Source of the DNA: an uncultured Bdellovibrio sp.
Lineage (GTDB): Bacteria > Bdellovibrionota > Bdellovibrionia > Bdellovibrionales > Bdellovibrionaceae
DNA length: 64,000 nucleotides
NCBI GenBank assembly: GCA_963932905.1
Contig: CAWVRN010000004.1
Location: 64,001 to 128,000 of the forward strand
Reading direction: 5' to 3'
Shown: positions 63,127-64,000 of the stretch, in pieces
How positions within the stretch are numbered: the first letter of the stretch is position 1
Layout: the number at the start of each line of letters is the position of its first letter
Program-made: the position numbers and the translations under genes
The notes under the pieces: generated by a model
What the model saw: the letters and a program-made list of their open reading frames with translations, nothing else
Databases searched by the model: none
Told to the model about the DNA's origin: nothing

Positions 63127-63869
63127 GCCAACCTGCCATTCAATTAATCAATGTTTCGAAGTCGTTTAAGTATTGGGAGAATAAACCCAATTCGATTAAA
63201 ACTATTTTAAATAAACTGAGCAAACTGCAATTTGAAAAATCTAAATATCGCCAAATCGACGTTCTCGAAGGCGTGAATCTGACAATCAATCCTGGTGAGT
63301 TTGTAGGCATCATGGGGCGCAATGGCGTCGGTAAAAGCACGCTGCTCAAAATCATTACGGGTATTTATTCACCCACTAGTGGCGAAGTAAAAATTAACGG
63401 AAAAATCGCTCCCTTGTTGGAACTTGGTGCGGGATTTTCTGAAGAATTATCTGGTTACGAAAATGTATTTTTGAATGCCGCAATTTTGGGTTTCAGCCGA
63501 AAAAAAATGATGGACGACGTAGATAGAATCATCGAGTTTTCTGAGCTTGGCGAGAAAATCCACATGCCCGTACGTAACTATTCTTCTGGAATGCTAGTAC
63601 GCTTAGGTTTTGCAATTGCTGCCCATTTAGATGCGTCTATCTTGTTATTTGATGAAATCCTAGCTGTCGGCGATATGGGCTTCCAAAGAAAATGCTTAGC
63701 CAAAATTGATGAATTATACCACGCGGGTAAATCCATCATCCTTGTCACCCATTCTCCTGAACAGGTAGAAAGATTTTGCAAACGTTGTATTGTTTTTGAA
63801 AATAAAAAAGTAATTTTTGACGGCCCTGCAAGAGAAGGCACACAAGTCTACTTAAACGAATTTAAATAA
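63123..63869 (+). CDS. wzt: Polysaccharide ABC transporter ATPase without C-terminal carbohydrate-binding domain
   Basis: GRNGVGKST, LLELGAGF, YSSGM..RLGF, DEILAVGD..FQ.KC, VTH; only 248 aa. Confidence 0.95.
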   Translation: MSQPAIQLINVSKSFKYWENKPNSIKTILNKLSKLQFEKSKYRQIDVLEGVNLTINPGEFVGIMGRNGVGKSTLLKIITGIYSPTSGEVKINGKIAPLLELGAGFSEELSGYENVFLNAAILGFSRKKMMDDVDRIIEFSELGEKIHMPVRNYSSGMLVRLGFAIAAHLDASILLFDEILAVGDMGFQRKCLAKIDELYHAGKSIILVTHSPEQVERFCKRCIVFENKKVIFDGPAREGTQVYLNEFK

Positions 63870-64000
63870 TAAATACTTTTCGGCAAGGCCACCGCCTTAG
63901 CCTCTAGCAATTCAGCTTTCATCCCAGAAAAAAGAATTTTAAGTTCAGTTTCTGGATTTTCCAATTCCAATAATGCTCTGTTGTCGACAGTGATATTCAA
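63848..64000 (-). CDS. 3' end of a gene entering from beyond the window
   Basis: Open frame LNITVDNRALLELENPETELKILFSGMKAELLEAKAVALPKSIYYLNSFK* ending at 63848 and overlapping the wzt end. Confidence 0.45.
   Translation of the reverse strand: MNITVDNRALLELENPETELKILFSGMKAELLEAKAVALPKSIYYLNSFK

Overview
Bacterial chromosomal window of about 52 CDS. I saw no rRNA, tRNA, CRISPR array, transposase or phage genes. Protein style suggests a Bdellovibrionota-like organism (inference only). The first ~25 kb is mixed housekeeping and accessory DNA: a partial membrane pyrophosphatase, endonuclease I, galE, secreted unknowns, metH-metF, a priming sugar transferase, a WaaL-like ligase, gmhA, a SWIM-SNF2 helicase, a glutaminase-MscS pair, a stand-alone HisKA microprotein, and a hipBA module with three palindromic operators at a 50-bp period. 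From ~25.3 kb to the end is a large, visibly AT-richer surface-glycan locus. It encodes GDP-heptose (hddA, hddC-gmhB, gmhA), manC, UDP-xylose (ugd-uxs plus a polyprenyl-phosphate GT2), GDP-D-rhamnose (gmd-rmd) with wzm-wzt, and five polytopic GT-C-like membrane proteins. The best candidate for a new system is a CDP-3,6-dideoxyhexose operon (rfbF-rfbG-GT2-rfbH) coupled to dmpF-dmpG, an HpcH aldolase, a ThDP enzyme and two SDRs. I infer it builds a long-branched higher-carbon sugar (erwiniose/caryophyllose type) and loads it on a lipid carrier for periplasmic transfer. Other notable signals: a recurrent leaderless-promoter geometry at about nine genes, an apparent ATT start codon, and a 257-bp inverted-repeat element. 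All calls are from motif recognition by eye; no searches were run.
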